Shown here piece by piece: positions 1-11,224 of a stretch of DNA of 64,000 bases; the first letter of the stretch is position 1, and every line of letters starts with the position of its first letter. Source of the DNA: Candidatus Parcubacteria bacterium (GTDB taxonomy: Bacteria > Patescibacteriota > Minisyncoccia > Phycocordibacterales > CAIZLB01); NCBI GenBank assembly GCA_043760135.1, contig JAYUPL010000007.1:106-64105 (forward strand). The letters are read 5' to 3'. A program made the position numbers and the translations under genes. Under the pieces are notes generated by a model that saw only the letters and a program-made list of their open reading frames with translations, searched no databases and was not told where the DNA came from.

Positions 1-119
1 ACTGAAAGCACTGCCTGAGGGTGGTGTTTTTTGGTGTTTGACAAAGGAATTTTGAGTGGTATTCTGTATTTAAGATCTTCTCTAGGTAGAGATATCTCTT
101 CATTGAACCATCACACAAT

Positions 120-464
120 ATGAACACACTCAAACAGCTTTTAGATGATACAAAGTTTAAGGATGCTTTGATTTTGTTGGGGGAAAAGTTTACCCCCATA
201 GATGCAAACAACTTAGCACTCATATTGGGCAAGAAGGTATCGCCAGTGCCCCTGTTGAAGGTTAAAGAGGTTTTGGTTGAATACCTGATCCAGGACCTAG
301 GAACTGTTTCACTTTCAGTTTATCCGATGAGCCGGGTGGTTGTTCTTTCTAGAAAACTACAATTCATCACGTGCCGACTACTACCTTTTTCTGATCGAAT
401 TACCGATAGTCCACTAACTCCAAATGAGATTCAGGAGATTTACAGAATAGCCTGTCCAGAATAA
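120..464 (+). CDS. hypothetical protein (stand-alone cassette)
   Basis: 114-aa ORF; upstream TTGACA..TATTCT promoter, downstream hairpin plus U-tract at about 495-520. Confidence 0.6.
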   Translation: MNTLKQLLDDTKFKDALILLGEKFTPIDANNLALILGKKVSPVPLLKVKEVLVEYLIQDLGTVSLSVYPMSRVVVLSRKLQFITCRLLPFSDRITDSPLTPNEIQEIYRIACPE

Positions 465-557
465 TCTCGTTTTACAACCAACCATTAAGTGTCCGCCTTC
501 ACCTAGGTGGCGCTTTTTCATTTTTATATTATTTTTCTGATATAATAATATCAACAC

Positions 558-3431
558 ATGCAACCAAATAATTTTGAACAACTAGATAATGAAAACAAAC
601 AGTCACATAATTCTGAACCGTCTTCAGATAATAAAAATTTTACATCTCTTGAAGAAGAACTTGAATATTTACGAGGAGAAGTAAAAAAGAATCAAGAAAA
701 AAAATCAGAACAATTTGAACAAGATCAGATTATCACTCAAGAAATAAAAACATATCATCAAGAAACAGGTAGAGATTTATTACATGAATCATATATTCAA
801 CCTGAAAACAAAAGCGCCGAGATAGTTCTTAACCTTGCCCCTGAAAACCATGATAAAAATATGGAAGAGTATTGGACATTGATGAATAAGAACGGTATTT
901 ATAACACTTTAAACATAATAAAAAACACAGGTAATCCTCACCTAGAAGATGATTTCCATAGATTTTTAGTTGAGTATATAAAGGCTGGCTTGAAGATTCA
1001 AAATTTGAAAGAAAATGATCCAATTGATAGAAGTATTAAACAAACCCTATATCAAGTATCATTACCTGATTTTCAAGAAAAAGAGGGAGCACAAAAACCA
1101 TTAAAAGAACTTTTGTCAGTGATGGAGCAGTTTTATCTTGGTATGAGCTCTATTGCAGAAGCTGGTAAAAAATTTGCAGATAGTAGAAATAACATGACTA
1201 TAGAGCTTGCTATAGCTGAAGGAAGTGAAGAATTTATTTTCTATGTATCAGTGCCAAATGATAAAAATGATTTATTTGAAAAGCATATACTGTCAGTATT
1301 TCCAGAAGCTAAGATAGAAATAGAACACAATGACTATAATATATTTGATGAAGATGGTGTATCGCTGGCATCAGTTGCATCATTTACAAAACAAGATATC
1401 TATCCAATCAAAACATATGAAGAATTTGATGCTGACCCTATTAATGTTATTTTAAACTCATTATCAAAAATACAAAAAAATGGAGAAGGTGCGTGTATTC
1501 AGATTGTATTTAATAATGTTGGTGACTATTATCACAAGCTTTATAGAACAGCACTAGACAATATTCTCAAAGGAGAATCTCTTAAAAAAACAACGGATAT
1601 TCGACATACTATCTGGGGTCAATTTTCAAAAGTTGCTGGTGAAATGGGAAAAGAAATAGTGGATGGTACATTGTCTTATGATGATAGTAAAAAAGATGAG
1701 ACAAAAGAAAAATATATAGATCAGATTGCAGTTGAGCAAATCAAACATAAAATATCATCTCCGATAATAGAAACAAACATAAGACTTATTGCCTCCGCTA
1801 AAGATCGCATGCGCGCAGAAAATATTTTGTCTGATCTTGAGTCTTCGTTTAATCAGTTTACTAATGCTCTTGGAAATAGTTTTAAATGGGGTAGAGTAAA
1901 GGATAATCAACTCAAAGATTTATTTTATAAATTCACATTCCGTCTTTTTGACAAAGATCAAATATTACCAGTTTCTATTAAAGAAATTGCCACAGTGATG
2001 CATTTTCCAATGACTACCCAGTCAAACTTTTCTCCTCAGTTGAAACAATCAACTGCAGCAACAGCACCAGCACCACTGGATATTCCTCGAAAAGGTGATG
2101 GGGTTCTTATCGGTAAAAATGTTCATAGAAATGTTGAGCAAGATATTTATATGTCAGCTGAAGATAGGGCACGTCACATGTATGTGATTGGACAGACTGG
2201 TGTAGGTAAGTCGAGTATTTTAAAAAACCTTATCATACAAGATATTAAAAATGGTGAGGGTGTCTGTTTTATAGACCCTCATGGAAATGATGTGCAGGAT
2301 ATATTATCTCAAATTCCAAAAGAGAGATATGATGATGTGATTTATTTTGATCCAAGTCATACTGATCGTCCGATGGCTTTGAACATGCTCGAATACGATA
2401 CTTCAAATCCAGAACAAAAAACGTTTGTGGTAAACGAGCTGTTTAGTATTTTCCAAAAACTTTACGGCGCCAACCCAGAATCTATGGGACCGATGTTTGA
2501 GCAATATTTTAGAAATGCCACCATGCTCGTTATGGAGGATCCTGAATCAGGTTGTACCATGCTTGATATCTCTCGTGTTATGGCAGTGAAAAGTTTCCGT
2601 GATATGAAGATCGCTCATTGTAAAAACCCAATTGTAAAGCAATTCTGGACTGAGATTGCTGAGAAAACTTCGGGAGAATCAGGTTTAGCAAACATGATTC
2701 CATACATCACCTCAAAATTTGATGTCTTTTCATCAAACGAAATTATGCGCCCTATTATTGCTCAGGAAAAATCTTCTTTTAATTTCCGAGAAATAATGGA
2801 TACTAAAAAAATCTTACTGGTCAATTTGTCAAAAGGAAGATTGGGGGATATTAACGCCAACCTTATCGGTTTGATTATTGTTGGTAAAATTTTGATGGCC
2901 GCCTTATCGAGAGTAGATTCTTTTGGAAAAGATATGAATCCGTTTTATCTATATATTGATGAATTCCAAAACATAACTACTCCATCAATATCAACTATTT
3001 TGTCTGAAGCTAGAAAATATAAATTATCACTCACTATGGCGCATCAATTCATCGCACAGCTTGATGACAAAATAAAAGCTTCTGTGTTTGGAAACGTGGG
3101 GAATATGGTTGTCTACAGGACGGGTGCAGAAGATGCAGAATTTTTACAAAAACAATTCGAACCAGTTTTTGTGGCTAAAGATATTATGAATATTGATAAC
3201 TTCAATGCGTATATAAAGATGCTTTCACATGGTAAACCAACAAAACCATTTAATGTACGTATTATGCCTCAGGAGAAGGGAAATATGGCCATCGTGGACT
3301 CGTTGAAGGAGTTGTCATACCTCAAGTATGGAAAGGATAAAGACACTGTTATAGAAGAAATTGATGCGAAGTTTGCGAGTGATAAACCAAAACCAAAGCC
3401 TGTGGCAGATTTGAGTGCGTTTGGGTTGTAG
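558..3431 (+). CDS. VirB4/TraG/HerA-like P-loop ATPase (type IV secretion DNA-binding-domain type, common in CPR)
   Basis: RARHMYVIGQTGVGKS Walker A, FIDPHG, LYIDEFQN Walker B, SEARKY motif. Confidence 0.85.
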   Translation: MQPNNFEQLDNENKQSHNSEPSSDNKNFTSLEEELEYLRGEVKKNQEKKSEQFEQDQIITQEIKTYHQETGRDLLHESYIQPENKSAEIVLNLAPENHDKNMEEYWTLMNKNGIYNTLNIIKNTGNPHLEDDFHRFLVEYIKAGLKIQNLKENDPIDRSIKQTLYQVSLPDFQEKEGAQKPLKELLSVMEQFYLGMSSIAEAGKKFADSRNNMTIELAIAEGSEEFIFYVSVPNDKNDLFEKHILSVFPEAKIEIEHNDYNIFDEDGVSLASVASFTKQDIYPIKTYEEFDADPINVILNSLSKIQKNGEGACIQIVFNNVGDYYHKLYRTALDNILKGESLKKTTDIRHTIWGQFSKVAGEMGKEIVDGTLSYDDSKKDETKEKYIDQIAVEQIKHKISSPIIETNIRLIASAKDRMRAENILSDLESSFNQFTNALGNSFKWGRVKDNQLKDLFYKFTFRLFDKDQILPVSIKEIATVMHFPMTTQSNFSPQLKQSTAATAPAPLDIPRKGDGVLIGKNVHRNVEQDIYMSAEDRARHMYVIGQTGVGKSSILKNLIIQDIKNGEGVCFIDPHGNDVQDILSQIPKERYDDVIYFDPSHTDRPMALNMLEYDTSNPEQKTFVVNELFSIFQKLYGANPESMGPMFEQYFRNATMLVMEDPESGCTMLDISRVMAVKSFRDMKIAHCKNPIVKQFWTEIAEKTSGESGLANMIPYITSKFDVFSSNEIMRPIIAQEKSSFNFREIMDTKKILLVNLSKGRLGDINANLIGLIIVGKILMAALSRVDSFGKDMNPFYLYIDEFQNITTPSISTILSEARKYKLSLTMAHQFIAQLDDKIKASVFGNVGNMVVYRTGAEDAEFLQKQFEPVFVAKDIMNIDNFNAYIKMLSHGKPTKPFNVRIMPQEKGNMAIVDSLKELSYLKYGKDKDTVIEEIDAKFASDKPKPKPVADLSAFGL

Positions 3432-3509
3432 ATGGTTTAAAAAATCTCCTTTATTTTTAAGGAGGTTTTTTAATTTGACAATAAGGCTTGCTACAACTAT
3501 ACTAAAATC

Positions 3510-3628
3510 AGTTTTGAGACTTTAAAACTTCTCTAAGTGCAGAAATTCGGCTACTGCCACCTACTTCGTAAGAAGTTGTTGAGATGGGGATTACGTCGTT
3601 CCCTAGAGAAGTTTTAAGTTCTTAAGAT
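3510..3628 (+). ncRNA. candidate orphan structured RNA (long closing stem, multi-way junction)
   Basis: TTGACA(3475)-17-TATACT promoter; ttaaaacttctcta pairs with tagagaagttttaa; three internal hairpins; no ORF. Confidence 0.5.
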
Positions 3629-3667
3629 AAATTTGACACTCAGATATTGATCATGATACATTTAAAT

Positions 3668-3789
3668 TACTACTAATGACGCTAGATACCTTCTCTAGTT
3701 GGCTCACTGCCTCGATTGGTACTATAGGCATACGGAAGGAACCCTACTTACAACGTTTCCTCTACCGAGGAGGCGTTTTAAGTTTTTCT
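3668..3789 (+). ncRNA. convergent structured sRNA, family A copy 1 (antisense to 3' end of 3722..4207)
   Basis: TTGACA 3633-3638, TG-n-TACATT 3657-3662; terminator hairpin 3752-3777 plus U-rich tail; homologous to copies near 35.7 and 44.8 kb. Confidence 0.7.
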
Positions 3790-4207
3790 CATTTAAAGAC
3801 CTAGTTTCAAAATAGGTAACAATGTAAAAACCGTTATCTCTGTTTGCTGCTAAGACTAAATAATTATTAGAATTTGGTACTAACTTTATAATATTAATTC
3901 TATCTACATTTTTATCAAAATTTAAAATAAGGTATTCCCACTTATGAGTGTTAATTATAATATTTTCAGCGCAGATGGGGCCGTGGTCAGATTCTATTTT
4001 GTCTACAATTTCTCTAGATAAGTGTAATGGTCTTTCTTTATTATCAAAGGATAAGTTACTGGATAGATAGCCGATTGTCTCTAGATTACTTTTATAACTT
4101 AAAAGCCTTTTTAGTTTTTTATTGTATCTTTCTTGCTTATTAGTTAAGTTAAATATTTGCTTCGATATAAATGCTGATTTTTTAAATTTTTGATTTTTAT
4201 TTTCCAT
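3722..4207 (-). CDS. putative BECR/RelE-like ribonuclease, paralog 1
   Basis: clear paralog of 35206..35730 and 44322..44801 (RPLxLSR, KIxxDHG, LxAAxRxNGF, LKRLL); fold is inferred. Confidence 0.6.
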   Translation of the reverse strand: MENKNQKFKKSAFISKQIFNLTNKQERYNKKLKRLLSYKSNLETIGYLSSNLSFDNKERPLHLSREIVDKIESDHGPICAENIIINTHKWEYLILNFDKNVDRINIIKLVPNSNNYLVLAANRDNGFYIVTYFETRSLNEKNLKRLLGRGNVVSRVPSVCL

Positions 4208-4213
4208 CCACCA

Positions 4214-4272
4214 ATACTACCAATATCAACATCAAGAAAACTTAAAGAAATTCCAAAGAAAAGATCAAGTTA
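4214..4272 (-). promoter_or_regulatory. 11-bp phased repeat array plus -10 (TAGTAT), leaderless start
   Basis: repeat cores at 4269, 4258, 4247, 4236; -10 at 4219-4214; ATG 6 nt later. Confidence 0.7.
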
Positions 4273-4848
4273 AGATAAAGATTTAAACAACTCCTCAATA
4301 CCAATTTTTTCTCGTGCAGAATATTTTATTATTTTCTTACCCTCAAAAGCTTTTTCAATAACCTCCATACTTTTAAAAACTTCGTTTTGTTTTAACTTAT
4401 CAAATTTGTTAGCAATAATAACAATGTCTTGCTTATGCTCTGTTAAAAAATTATAAAAATGAATATCATCAACCGTAGGTCCAACTTTTGCATCTATTAT
4501 TAAAACTACTTTTTTTGTATTTGTTTTTTCACTTATAAAATACCATTCTATAATACGAGCAATCTTATCTCTTTGGACATGTGACCCTCTGGCAAATCCA
4601 TATCCAGGTAGGTCGACTAAATAAAATTCTTCATTGATCAAATAAAAATTAGCCTCAGCTGTAAAGCCTGGGGTAGAGGATGATCGTGCAAGTTTGTTTC
4701 TGCCAACAAGAGTATTTATCACAGAAGACTTACCTACGTTTGACCTTCCGATGAAGGCTATTTCAGGCAACTCGATTGTTGGAAGACCTGTGTCATGGAC
4801 TGCTCCTTTTACAAATATAGATGATTTTATTAATTGAGGGTTGGTCAT
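4270..4848 (-). CDS. engB: ribosome biogenesis GTPase YihA/YsxC
   Basis: GRSNVGKSS, DLPGYG, NKFD; start moved to 4848 because the longer ORF overlaps tRNA-Leu. Confidence 0.93.
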   Translation of the reverse strand: MTNPQLIKSSIFVKGAVHDTGLPTIELPEIAFIGRSNVGKSSVINTLVGRNKLARSSSTPGFTAEANFYLINEEFYLVDLPGYGFARGSHVQRDKIARIIEWYFISEKTNTKKVVLIIDAKVGPTVDDIHFYNFLTEHKQDIVIIANKFDKLKQNEVFKSMEVIEKAFEGKKIIKYSAREKIGIEELFKSLS

Positions 4849-4852
4849 GTTG

Positions 4853-4935
4853 TGCCTCAGGCGGGACTCGAACCCGCACGACATTGCTGTCAAAAGATTT
4901 TAAGTCTTTCGTGTCTACCATTCCACCACCAAGGC
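4853..4935 (-). tRNA. tRNA-Leu(TAA)
   Basis: cloverleaf with long variable arm, anticodon TAA, GTTCGAGT T-loop. Confidence 0.95.
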
Positions 4936-4985
4936 ATTTTTCTATAGTCATTTTTTATAGGCATTCGCTTATATATAACAGCGTG

Positions 4986-5059
4986 AGGCGTAGGCCGGAT
5001 TTGAACCGGCGAATATCAGTTTTGCAAACTGCCGCGTTAAACCACTTCGCCACTACGCC
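4986..5059 (-). tRNA. tRNA-Cys(GCA)
   Basis: GGCGTAG/CTACGCC acceptor stem, anticodon GCA, U73. Confidence 0.95.
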
Positions 5060-5143
5060 ATGATTGTATTTATAGCATATTTATATATATATTTCTACTC
5101 CAAGTGATTGCATTGTTGATAGGTAAAATGCGATAATATTGGT

Positions 5144-5434
5144 ATGCAAAATAACAATATCCAATTTGATGAATTCAAAGTCAAATCAAGAAGTATTTTA
5201 GGTCAGTCAGAATCTCCAGCTATGATACAGTCGATGGTAAAATATGGTATAGTAAAAAATGAAAAACAAGCTTTTGGGTTTATGGTTACTTTAATAATTG
5301 TCTTTTTAGCAGCTGCTGGTTTTATTATTTATTATAATTTTTTTAAGCAACCAACAATTCCGCCGATTACACCAGAAGCTCAATCATTTTATCAACAACA
5401 AATGGATGCCTCTACTAAGTCAAATAGTAAATAA
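5144..5434 (+). CDS. small membrane protein, paralog of 22432..22767, precedes pilin
   Basis: shared KxKSRxIxGQxExPxM...GIVKNEKQA plus one TM helix. Confidence 0.75.
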   Translation: MQNNNIQFDEFKVKSRSILGQSESPAMIQSMVKYGIVKNEKQAFGFMVTLIIVFLAAAGFIIYYNFFKQPTIPPITPEAQSFYQQQMDASTKSNSK

Positions 5435-5450
5435 TACAATTCACAACTCT

Positions 5451-6050
5451 ATGTTTAAAAAAATAAAAAATAAAAAAGGTTTTACTTTAATAGAATTAAT
5501 GGTGGTTATATCAATAATTGGATTGCTTTCAAGTATTGTACTAGCCTCACTTAAAGATGCAAGAGATAAAGCAGCGAATCAAAAATTTAAAGCAGAAATC
5601 ATGGAACTAGTTAAAGCATTAGAACTTTATAAAGCAGATAATGGTGAATATCCTTATGAAAAACAAGCTTCAGCTGTTAGTACATCAAACTATTCGGCAG
5701 GAATGTTAAATAATCAAACTGAAACTGTTACAACCGGGGATGCTTTATTATCTACCTTATTAATACCTAAATATATTAAAAAACTACCAACCCCACCAAA
5801 TAATTCTTTTTCTGGACCATCTTGGACTTACCGTACAAATTTTAAAAGATCAGGTTCAGGATTGTTTGTAAACTCGTGTTTTGATGATGGTGCACTTGAT
5901 AGGGATGATAGTCGTGTTCCTAAATATGTTGTTTATGTTGGACCTAATAATCCTATTGTAAATCAATTTAACGAATGGTCTTTTCTGAGAGCGTGGTATA
6001 GTACATCAGGTTATACTGACCTTACAGATCGTTGCTTCTCTCTTAAATAA
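5451..6050 (+). CDS. type IV pilin / pseudopilin
   Basis: KKGFTLIELMVVISIIGLL N-methylation motif. Confidence 0.92.
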   Translation: MFKKIKNKKGFTLIELMVVISIIGLLSSIVLASLKDARDKAANQKFKAEIMELVKALELYKADNGEYPYEKQASAVSTSNYSAGMLNNQTETVTTGDALLSTLLIPKYIKKLPTPPNNSFSGPSWTYRTNFKRSGSGLFVNSCFDDGALDRDDSRVPKYVVYVGPNNPIVNQFNEWSFLRAWYSTSGYTDLTDRCFSLK

Positions 6051-6384
6051 TCTCAAAAATCTCCTGCCTATGCTTCTCACCCTTATCGATCTCAAAATGT
6101 AAAAATGGGAGTATACCAACTCTTGTTTTTTTCTTTATATCATTTCGTATATCAGTCACATTTCTTGTTAAAAAGTCTATCACCGCATCTTCCTTATTTT
6201 CAGGTAATACAGAAACTCGGATTGTAACATTGTTACTCCTATCAGCTTGTTCTATAGAGGTGATAGTGATCAATGATTGACCTCCTGAGTTACGTGAAAT
6301 ATACTCATCAATTGTCTTTCTAAAAATTGACTCAGCCCGTCCTTTTGTTACTCTTTTATCTCTATGGTTGTTTTCTTTTTTCAT
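6043..6384 (-). CDS. rbfA: ribosome-binding factor A
   Basis: downstream of infB; LITITSIE...PFLHFEIDKG pattern. Confidence 0.8.
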   Translation of the reverse strand: MKKENNHRDKRVTKGRAESIFRKTIDEYISRNSGGQSLITITSIEQADRSNNVTIRVSVLPENKEDAVIDFLTRNVTDIRNDIKKKTRVGILPFLHFEIDKGEKHRQEIFEII

Positions 6385-6394
6385 ATATTTTAAA

Positions 6395-8608
6395 TTATTT
6401 TTCTATTACAGAGAATGCAGCTATAACATCACCTGTTACGATTTCTATTTTTGCTTCGATCATCAAACCACACTCTGTATCAGCTTCAACACTCTTAACT
6501 TGTGAACGTGCATGTTGCAATTCAACTATCTCTCCACGACCGATTTCATTATCTCGTCTCATAATTTTAATCTTATCTCCTAGATTGATCTTTCCTGTTT
6601 CAACTTTACCTCCAAGAACTTGTTTTGTTTTATTGGCATTGAAAATCTTAAGAACCTTAAGAGTACCATGACTTTCTTCTTCAAGAATTTTAGGTGCTTT
6701 TGATCGTGCTTCATTTTCCAACCATTCTGAAAGTTTATAGATAATATCAAATGTTTCAATTTTCAAATTCAATTGATTGGCTAAATTTTTAGCAACGTTA
6801 TCAACTTTTGTGTTATATCCAACAATAACAGAGTCTTTACTTCCTTGAGCAAGTTTTATGTCATTTTCGTTGATGTCTCCAGTTTCAGCTCGAACGATTC
6901 TTAGCTCTATGTTTTCAAATTTAATTTTAGCAATTTCTTGTTTAACAGCGTCAAGTGTTCCAACAGAATCTGTTTTCAACACAATAGGGAGTGTCCAATT
7001 GTTATCAACTTCAAGACCGTAAAGTGCACGAATATTTGCGGGAATTTTTGCAGCAGGAACTTTACCTTCATTGTTGACTTCATCTTCTAGTATTTGCATT
7101 TTCTTTTGCTCTTCAGCAAGGAGCTCTGCTGTCTCTTTGTCTTCACACATGATACAGATATCGCCAACTTTTGGGGTCTCCACCCAACCAATAAGTCGCA
7201 CAGGTTGTCCTGGTTCAAAAGTTTTTTGAGCCTTACCTTCAAAATTTTCTATAATTCGAACAGGGGAGATAGCGCCACCTGAAACTATAAATGATCCAAC
7301 TTTCAATGTCCCGTTCTTAACAATCATTGTTGCATGAATTCCTCTTATCTTGTCTCTACCAGATTCGATTACAATACATTCAGCAGGAACATCGTACGCC
7401 GCTTTGATATCAGCCACTTCAGACATCAACATAATCATATCCAATAGATCACTTACACCATCTCCGGTTTTTCCTGAAAAAGGAATAAATGAAATATCTC
7501 CTCCGTACCCTTCAACAAAGATATTGTTTTCTGCTAATGATTGTTTTGTCTTCTCTAGGTCAGCCCCAACTTTGTCAATTTTTGATACTCCGATAAAGAA
7601 AGGAACATTTGCATCTTGAATTGATTTTAGCGCATCGAGTGTTTGTGGTTTAACTCCGTCTTCGGCAGAAACAATAAGAATGGCAATGTCGGCAGATCTT
7701 GCTCCACGATCGCGCATACTTGTAAATGATTCGTGCCCAGGTGTATCAAGGAATGTAATTTTTCCATCATTGTGATTGATTTCATATGCAGACATTTTTT
7801 GAGTAATACCTCCAACCTCACGGTCAGCAATGTTTGATTTTCTGATGTAATCCAATAATGTTGATTTACCATGATCAACATGACCCATGATAATAACCAC
7901 TGGATTTTTTGAACGTATATCTAATCCATCTAGTACCTGTATGGTTTTAACTAGATTGTTTGATCTTCCGCTAATGCGTGTTTTTAATGTAGCAGCCTTT
8001 TTAACTTTAGCAACCCTGGGTCTCTTGTAATATGGTATGTACTCAGTACGAGGTGCAATGTCTCTTTTTGCGAATGGTTTTCTCGGTGTTGATGTTCCTG
8101 TGGTTGTATCTTTACTTTTATTATTTATAAATGTCTTAGCAAATGCAATACCTCTCTCTTCTATTTTTTTCTTCTCATCTTCTTTCTTTTGTAAATCAAT
8201 TTTTTCTTCTTTCGTGATCACTTTTGATTTGAAGAGGGTAGGGGAATATTTTGGAACTGGCTTATGTTCAGGTTTTACTTCCTCAACTTTTTTCTCTTCA
8301 GGTTTCACTTCTACTACAGGTTTGTTTTTATTTTCATAAAATTTAGATGCGTTTTCGAACCAATTATTTTGCTCTTCAACTTTGGTTTTTCTTGTATCTT
8401 CAACTTCCTTACTTACAGCAAAAGTTCTCGAGCTAGTTCTTGGTGCTACAGTTATGGTCTCTTTTGTTGCAGTTTTTTTACTTTTAGTTTTACTTTTTAT
8501 CTCATCTGCCGGCTCCGGTGCCTTATTATCTCCAAAAACGCTCCCAAAAGCATTGCCAAAAACCCCTCCAAATGCGCTATCGTCGTTTTGATTTTTATCC
8601 ATTATCAT
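6395..8608 (-). CDS. infB: translation initiation factor IF-2
   Basis: [26 protein letters not shown]. Confidence 0.97.
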   Translation of the reverse strand: MIMDKNQNDDSAFGGVFGNAFGSVFGDNKAPEPADEIKSKTKSKKTATKETITVAPRTSSRTFAVSKEVEDTRKTKVEEQNNWFENASKFYENKNKPVVEVKPEEKKVEEVKPEHKPVPKYSPTLFKSKVITKEEKIDLQKKEDEKKKIEERGIAFAKTFINNKSKDTTTGTSTPRKPFAKRDIAPRTEYIPYYKRPRVAKVKKAATLKTRISGRSNNLVKTIQVLDGLDIRSKNPVVIIMGHVDHGKSTLLDYIRKSNIADREVGGITQKMSAYEINHNDGKITFLDTPGHESFTSMRDRGARSADIAILIVSAEDGVKPQTLDALKSIQDANVPFFIGVSKIDKVGADLEKTKQSLAENNIFVEGYGGDISFIPFSGKTGDGVSDLLDMIMLMSEVADIKAAYDVPAECIVIESGRDKIRGIHATMIVKNGTLKVGSFIVSGGAISPVRIIENFEGKAQKTFEPGQPVRLIGWVETPKVGDICIMCEDKETAELLAEEQKKMQILEDEVNNEGKVPAAKIPANIRALYGLEVDNNWTLPIVLKTDSVGTLDAVKQEIAKIKFENIELRIVRAETGDINENDIKLAQGSKDSVIVGYNTKVDNVAKNLANQLNLKIETFDIIYKLSEWLENEARSKAPKILEEESHGTLKVLKIFNANKTKQVLGGKVETGKINLGDKIKIMRRDNEIGRGEIVELQHARSQVKSVEADTECGLMIEAKIEIVTGDVIAAFSVIEK

Positions 8609-8655
8609 AGTATATTAAATATACACTTTTTTAAAAAAAATACAATATTATCAAT

Positions 8656-9870
8656 ATGTTTTCACCATTTGGCAAATTTATCCCTCAGGGCAAGAAATAT
8701 TTCGATTATGCCTCTCAAACACCTACAGATGGGAGAGTTTTAAGGGTGGTAGAAGATGTCTCACGGAAGCTTTTTTACAATCCAGGGGCATTGTACTCAA
8801 ATGGGGTTTTGGCAGCCAAGATGTTGCAAAATGCCAGACATAAAACAGCTGATATATTTTCAGGAAAATCAAAGAATTCAGTTCATACCAATGAGATCAT
8901 CTTTACGAGTGGAGGGACCGAGTCCAACAACATCACCATTCAGGGTGTGGTTGCAAAATGGTATGAGGATCATGATTACGACTATTCAAATATTCCTCAT
9001 GTGATTATTTCAGAAATTGAACATCCTTCTTTAAATAATATTGTCGAGAATTTGAAAAAACAAAATAAAATCACATATTCTAAAATAAAAATTAATCAAG
9101 ATGGACTCGTTGATTTACAAGAATTAAAAGATGAATTGGTTAAGCACCGAAATACAATTTTGGTTTCTGTAATGTTAGTTAACAATGAGATTGGTTCTAT
9201 TCAACCTGTTCGAGACATTGCCTCATTGGTTCGAAAAGCTAAAGGGGATGATAAGTATCCATTGTTGCACACTGATGCATGTCAGGCTGTAAATTATCTT
9301 GACATACCTGTTGACAAGATGGGTGTGGATTTGATTTCTTACGATGCCTCTAAGTTTTATGGTCCAAAAAGTGTTGGTATTTTATATGTAAAAAGAGGTA
9401 CTTTGATCAATCCGATTTATTTTGGAGGAGATCAAGAATACTCTATGCGACCTGGTACAGAAAACCTTCCGGCCATTATGGGTATGGTAAAGGCATTGGA
9501 GATTGTAAATCATGAAAAGACAAAAGAGATAGAGAGAATATATAAAATGCAGCAACATATCTTTAAGAAAGTTTCGAAAATGAAAAATCTTTCAATTAAC
9601 GGATCTCTGGAGAAAGAAAAAAGAATTGTAAACAATATTAATATTTGTTTCGCCGGACAAGATTCAGAATTTTTACTTTTTAAAATGGATAAACTAGGGT
9701 ATGAAGTTTCGACTGGTACTACATGTCAGAATAAAAAGGAGGATTCAAAGTCTGTATCAGTAGAGGCTTTAGGTAATGATTGTGCTAGTTCAAGTTTACG
9801 TATCAGTTTAGGAAGGTATACAACTATGATGCAAGTGAGAGGGTTAGTTCGAGCTCTAACAAAATTGTAA
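8656..9870 (+). CDS. iscS: cysteine desulfurase (IscS/NifS family)
   Basis: YFDYASQTP, FTSGGTESNN, HTDACQ, KFYGPK, RPGTEN, STGTTC. Confidence 0.88.
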   Translation: MFSPFGKFIPQGKKYFDYASQTPTDGRVLRVVEDVSRKLFYNPGALYSNGVLAAKMLQNARHKTADIFSGKSKNSVHTNEIIFTSGGTESNNITIQGVVAKWYEDHDYDYSNIPHVIISEIEHPSLNNIVENLKKQNKITYSKIKINQDGLVDLQELKDELVKHRNTILVSVMLVNNEIGSIQPVRDIASLVRKAKGDDKYPLLHTDACQAVNYLDIPVDKMGVDLISYDASKFYGPKSVGILYVKRGTLINPIYFGGDQEYSMRPGTENLPAIMGMVKALEIVNHEKTKEIERIYKMQQHIFKKVSKMKNLSINGSLEKEKRIVNNINICFAGQDSEFLLFKMDKLGYEVSTGTTCQNKKEDSKSVSVEALGNDCASSSLRISLGRYTTMMQVRGLVRALTKL

Positions 9871-9903
9871 GCAAAATTGTAGACTTAGGAGTATACTATA
9901 TAC

Positions 9904-10590
9904 ATGAATAACAAAAAAATAATAGTATCAATATTGGTATTAATCGTCTTAATTTTATCAATAGTTTTATTTAACAAAACCAGTCCACGAGTGATAGAAA
10001 ATGATGAGGTTGCTACAACAACAACTTCATCATCTACAACAGATGGTAAAATGGTCGTTGATAGTAGTATCAAACCAGCGACTGTTGTAAATGAGTCAAG
10101 TGCTAATTATGAATATACAAATGGAGTGTATTGGGGAATTATTAAAAAATCAGCAATTGCTAATGGGAAATTAATCTTAACTATAGATTTCCTACAATCA
10201 TTCGCTACACAAAAAGAAACAGTTCTTGCTGCGATACAAGATGATGTATGTAAATTTCCATCAAACATGGGTATAAAAAATAAACAAGAATTCGTAGCTA
10301 AAGTTATGACTCTAACAGAAGGTGAGATCGGTGCGTTTATTGCCAAGACAAACTGTTTCCCAGATGGAATAACATATTACAGAAATGCTAGTGCTCAATT
10401 GATAAGTAAAGATGTAGCTGCAAATTTCATTGCATTTTATCCAGCATATCCATCAACTACTATAACAAATACTGGAAACATGAATACATTAAACACTTTT
10501 ATAAACACACAAGGTCCATCAAATCCAAAATGGCAAGTTACTATAAAAGACAATAAAGTTGTTGGGTTAAATCAACCGTATACAAAGTAA
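9904..10590 (+). CDS. membrane-anchored exported hypothetical protein
   Basis: N-terminal TM helix, Thr/Ser linker. Confidence 0.7.
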   Translation: MNNKKIIVSILVLIVLILSIVLFNKTSPRVIENDEVATTTTSSSTTDGKMVVDSSIKPATVVNESSANYEYTNGVYWGIIKKSAIANGKLILTIDFLQSFATQKETVLAAIQDDVCKFPSNMGIKNKQEFVAKVMTLTEGEIGAFIAKTNCFPDGITYYRNASAQLISKDVAANFIAFYPAYPSTTITNTGNMNTLNTFINTQGPSNPKWQVTIKDNKVVGLNQPYTK

Positions 10591-10640
10591 TCTTCAGATT
10601 CATTAATTAAGAAAGAAAAATACTGCTCATTTGGGTAGTT

Positions 10641-10690
10641 TTTTTCTTGAGAGTTTCTTTATGGGAACTTTAGCTGTCTTTTATTATCAT
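10641..10690 (+). promoter_or_regulatory. 11-bp phased repeat array plus -10 (TATCAT), leaderless start
   Basis: cores at 10646, 10657, 10668; -10 at 10685-10690; ATG at 10697. Confidence 0.7.
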
Positions 10691-10696
10691 TGAAGA

Positions 10697-11224
10697 ATGA
10701 AAAAATATTTTGATCAGTGGAATAATAAAAAGAAATATATAGATAAAACTCCTAAAGATTTGATATTTAATGAAGGAGAGATTTGGTGGTCACATTTCGG
10801 TATAAATGTAGGCGAAGAGGCTTATGGGAAAGGTGGGTATTTTAGGAGACCTGTAGTTGTCTTAAAAAAGATATCACAAAACTCTTGCATAGTTGTGCCG
10901 ACAACCACAAAAATAAAAGAAGGTGAAAATTACTTCAAATTCACAACAAATGATCTAGAAAGAAGAGCTATGCTCTATCAGATAAAGTTTATTTCTGCAA
11001 AAAGATTGTATGTGAGAGAATCTGAGATGGAAAAAGAAGATTTCCTGAAATTAAAAAAATCCCTAGCAAACTTGCTAGAAATCTCTTCATGGTCACCGAG
11101 CGGACAAAAAGGACAATGCTCGGATCAGTGGGTTTCCCCTGGTATGAATCTATTTTATCAAACTCAAAATAATTGTCAAATTTCCAAGTTTTCACGTTCT
11201 GGAATCTGTGCTAAACTTCCATTT
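10697..11224 (+). CDS. PemK/MazF-family endoribonuclease; no stop codon, runs in frame into thrS
   Basis: GEIWWSHFGINVGEEAYGKG..RPVVVLK..VPTTT..QIKFISAKRL. Confidence 0.85.
11053..11146 (-). ncRNA. convergent structured sRNA antisense to PemK 3' end
   Basis: TTGACA 11179-11174, 16 bp, TAAAAT 11157-11152; three-way junction; terminator 11082-11059 plus U6. Confidence 0.65.

Noticed and set aside
4821-5063. 80-aa plus-strand ORF and the 4893 start of engB
   Set aside because: Both overlap tRNA-Leu or tRNA-Cys.
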